A stretch of DNA of 64,000 nt from Squalus acanthias (Eukaryota): positions 310,001-374,000 of the forward strand of contig JASTWF010000368.1 of the NCBI GenBank assembly GCA_030390025.1, in the 5' to 3' direction. A model generated the notes under the pieces. It worked only from the letters and a program-made list of their open reading frames with translations, did no database searches and was not told the DNA's origin. A program made the position numbers and the translations under genes. This document shows positions 61,890 to 64,000 of the stretch, one piece after another. How positions within the stretch are numbered: the stretch's first letter is position 1; every line of letters starts with the position of its first letter.

Positions 61890-62898
61890 CCCGGAGTCAG
61901 AGGGCGAGCGGTCCGTCTGCACCACCCTCCCCCCCCCCCCCCGCCACCCCCGAGCGGATGATCGCGCCGATCTTATCCGCGTGCAGCAGTGGGCGGGGCC
62001 AATCATATTGGAAGCTCCGCCTTTGCCCGCTGGGCGGTGTCGCCTCTTTGATGATTGGCGTCTTTCCCCCTCCCCTCCCCCGGCCAGTTAGGAGCCTGTG
62101 TCTTCGCCAAGAGGACCGCACCGACCCTTGCCATCGTCGACCTTTGACTTCTTGCGATCGCTGACCTCGGACTCCTTGCCACGGTTGACCTTTGGCTCCT
62201 CCCGATCGTTGACTCCTCGCCCACCTTTGACCCCCTCGCCCGCCGTCGACCTTTGACTCCTGCCTTGGCCCCGAGACCATCAGGAAGGCGGAGGTTCCTC
62301 AGCTCTCTCTCTCGGTCGGCTCCCGAAGGCGCAGAGCGAAACGCCCTCTGGTCTGTTCACACTGCACCCCCCTTTGTGTGCGGGGTGGGGGGGGGGAAAG
62401 GGGCGTCAGATCTTACACGCCCGTATCCAAACCCTCCTCCTGCCCCCCCCTCCCTCTCTATATGGGGCTGCGTGTCGTGTAACGACAAGACTCTGTTACA
62501 GCGGAAGTCCTTGGTAAATCTCGCCCTGCCGATGTCGCGCCTAACTTGTATTTTGCCCCGTCGGATGTCGTCTCTCTTGTATTTTTTTGCCCCTCTGGTG
62601 AAGGTGCTGTTGGGGGATTGGGAGAGGGGTGGTGGCGGGGCGGAGGCTGGGTGTTGCAGTACCGGGGGGGGGGGTGGGGGGGGGGGGTTCGACCAGCCTA
62701 GCGGCGATGCAGCCACTTTGTAAATTTGCTTTGTGACTTGTTCAGTACAAATGTTCTCGGTTTGTGAGCATGCGATTCGTGGCTGCCGCTCTCTTTCTCC
62801 CTCCCCCCTTCCCGACGCGGTGTAAATATTAAACTGTTGTTTTACTCTTTGTTCATGGTGCCGGAGGATTGCACAATCCTTTTCTCAATGGTGAAATT

Positions 62899-62904
62899 AA
62901 TAAA
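62899..62904 (+). promoter_or_regulatory. Probable polyadenylation signal AATAAA (3' UTR ~61890-62925); alternative ATTAAA at 62828-62833
   Basis: First AATAAA after the stop, with T-rich upstream and GT-rich downstream sequence. Confidence 0.65.
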
Positions 62905-62994
62905 ATAATCAACCGAGTTTGGAAAGTTTATTGCGTTGGAACAGAGGCTCCCGTTGTTTCAACACCTCTCGTATTTCACAACGGATATTCTGTG

Positions 62995-63545
62995 TGTCGA
63001 GCGCTCCCAGGGCAGGTACAGCACGGGTTAGATACAGTGTAGACCTCCCTCTACATTACCCTGACAGTGTGTCCCCCACTTTATACCCAGTGTCAGCATC
63101 GAGCGCTCCCAGGGCAGGTACAGCACGGGTTAGATACCGTGTAGAGCTCCCTCTACATTACCCTGACAGTGTGTCCCCCACTTTATACCCAGTGTCAGCA
63201 TCGAGCGCTCCCAGGGCAGGTACAGCACGGGTTAGATACAGTGTAGAGCTCCCTCGACATTACCCTGACAGTGTGTCTCCCCACTTTATACCCAGTGTCA
63301 GCATCGAGCGCTCCCAGGGCAGGTACAGCACGGGTTAGATACAGTGTAGAGCTCCCTCGACATTACCCTGACAGTGTGTCCCCCACTTTATACCCAGTGT
63401 CAGCATCGAGCGCTCCCAGGGCTGGTACAGCACGGGTTAGATACAGTGTAGAGCTCCCTCTACATTACCCTGACAGTGTGTCCCCCACTTTATACCCAGT
63501 GTCAGCATCGAGCGCTCCCAGGGCAGGTACAGCACAGGGTTAGAC
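62995..63545. repeat. 102-bp tandem repeat, ~5 units, just downstream of the poly(A) signal
   Basis: Same unit and orientation as 58425-59935. Confidence 0.95.
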
Positions 63546-64000
63546 GTTACAGGAACCTCACAGGCATGAGAAAAGCTGGACACAAAACACACACCCAGAG
63601 GCAGAGATCACGAGGTTTTTACAAGAGCGGTTTGCGATTGCTGATTGTAGTTTAAAAAAACACAATCGGACTGAATGAACAGCTCGAAGGTGGGATCTGT
63701 GAGCTTGAAGTTGAGCTTTGATAGATCTGCAGCTCCTGTCCCCCTCTCGCTTCGGAAACAAAGTGTGTCGGTGTGTCCTGCTCCCTTGAGTTGGCTCTCG
63801 CTGCCTGGTAACAATTCCCACCTCCCAGTCTGTTGGGCCAGCGGTCGGCTGTGGTACATGGTGAGGGAGGGGAAGGGAGGGGAGTTATTCACGGCCCCCC
63901 ACCCCGGCAGTGTCTTCGGGTGAGGGGTCGAGTCGGGGGGGGGGGAGAAGACAACAGACGTACTGTCCCCGCAGAGCTCCCTCAGGGCAGCGCGCAACTG

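Noticed and set aside
57356..62006. Long low-complexity ORFs (ERET-, SLSL- and HTHT-rich)
   Set aside because: Translations of GA and GT microsatellites within introns.

Overview
Repeat-saturated vertebrate genomic DNA, most likely a shark or other elasmobranch (inferred from the CR1 LINEs, Deu-type SINEs and minisatellite types), split by a 200-N gap at 27542-27741. Right of the gap are the last six coding exons (+ strand, 48562-61889) of a membrane-associated phosphatidylinositol transfer protein gene, best matching PITPNM1/Nir2 (LNS2 region). Its introns are almost entirely filled with tandem arrays, including a ~20.8 kb G-rich 45/46-bp satellite upstream of the first visible exon. Left of the gap I found no host coding exon, only nested retroelements and satellites. 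The best novelty candidate is a near full-length, single-ORF APE+RT non-LTR retrotransposon (197-4216). Its 5' end is a tRNA-Thr(AGT)-like Pol III head with a duplicated anticodon arm, and its ~3.1 kb body has no TTTT run and no AUG ahead of the endonuclease, suggesting a Pol III-transcribed protein-coding retroelement. Two Penelope-like copies each carry a minimal hammerhead ribozyme. All very long ORFs in the track are satellite artefacts.
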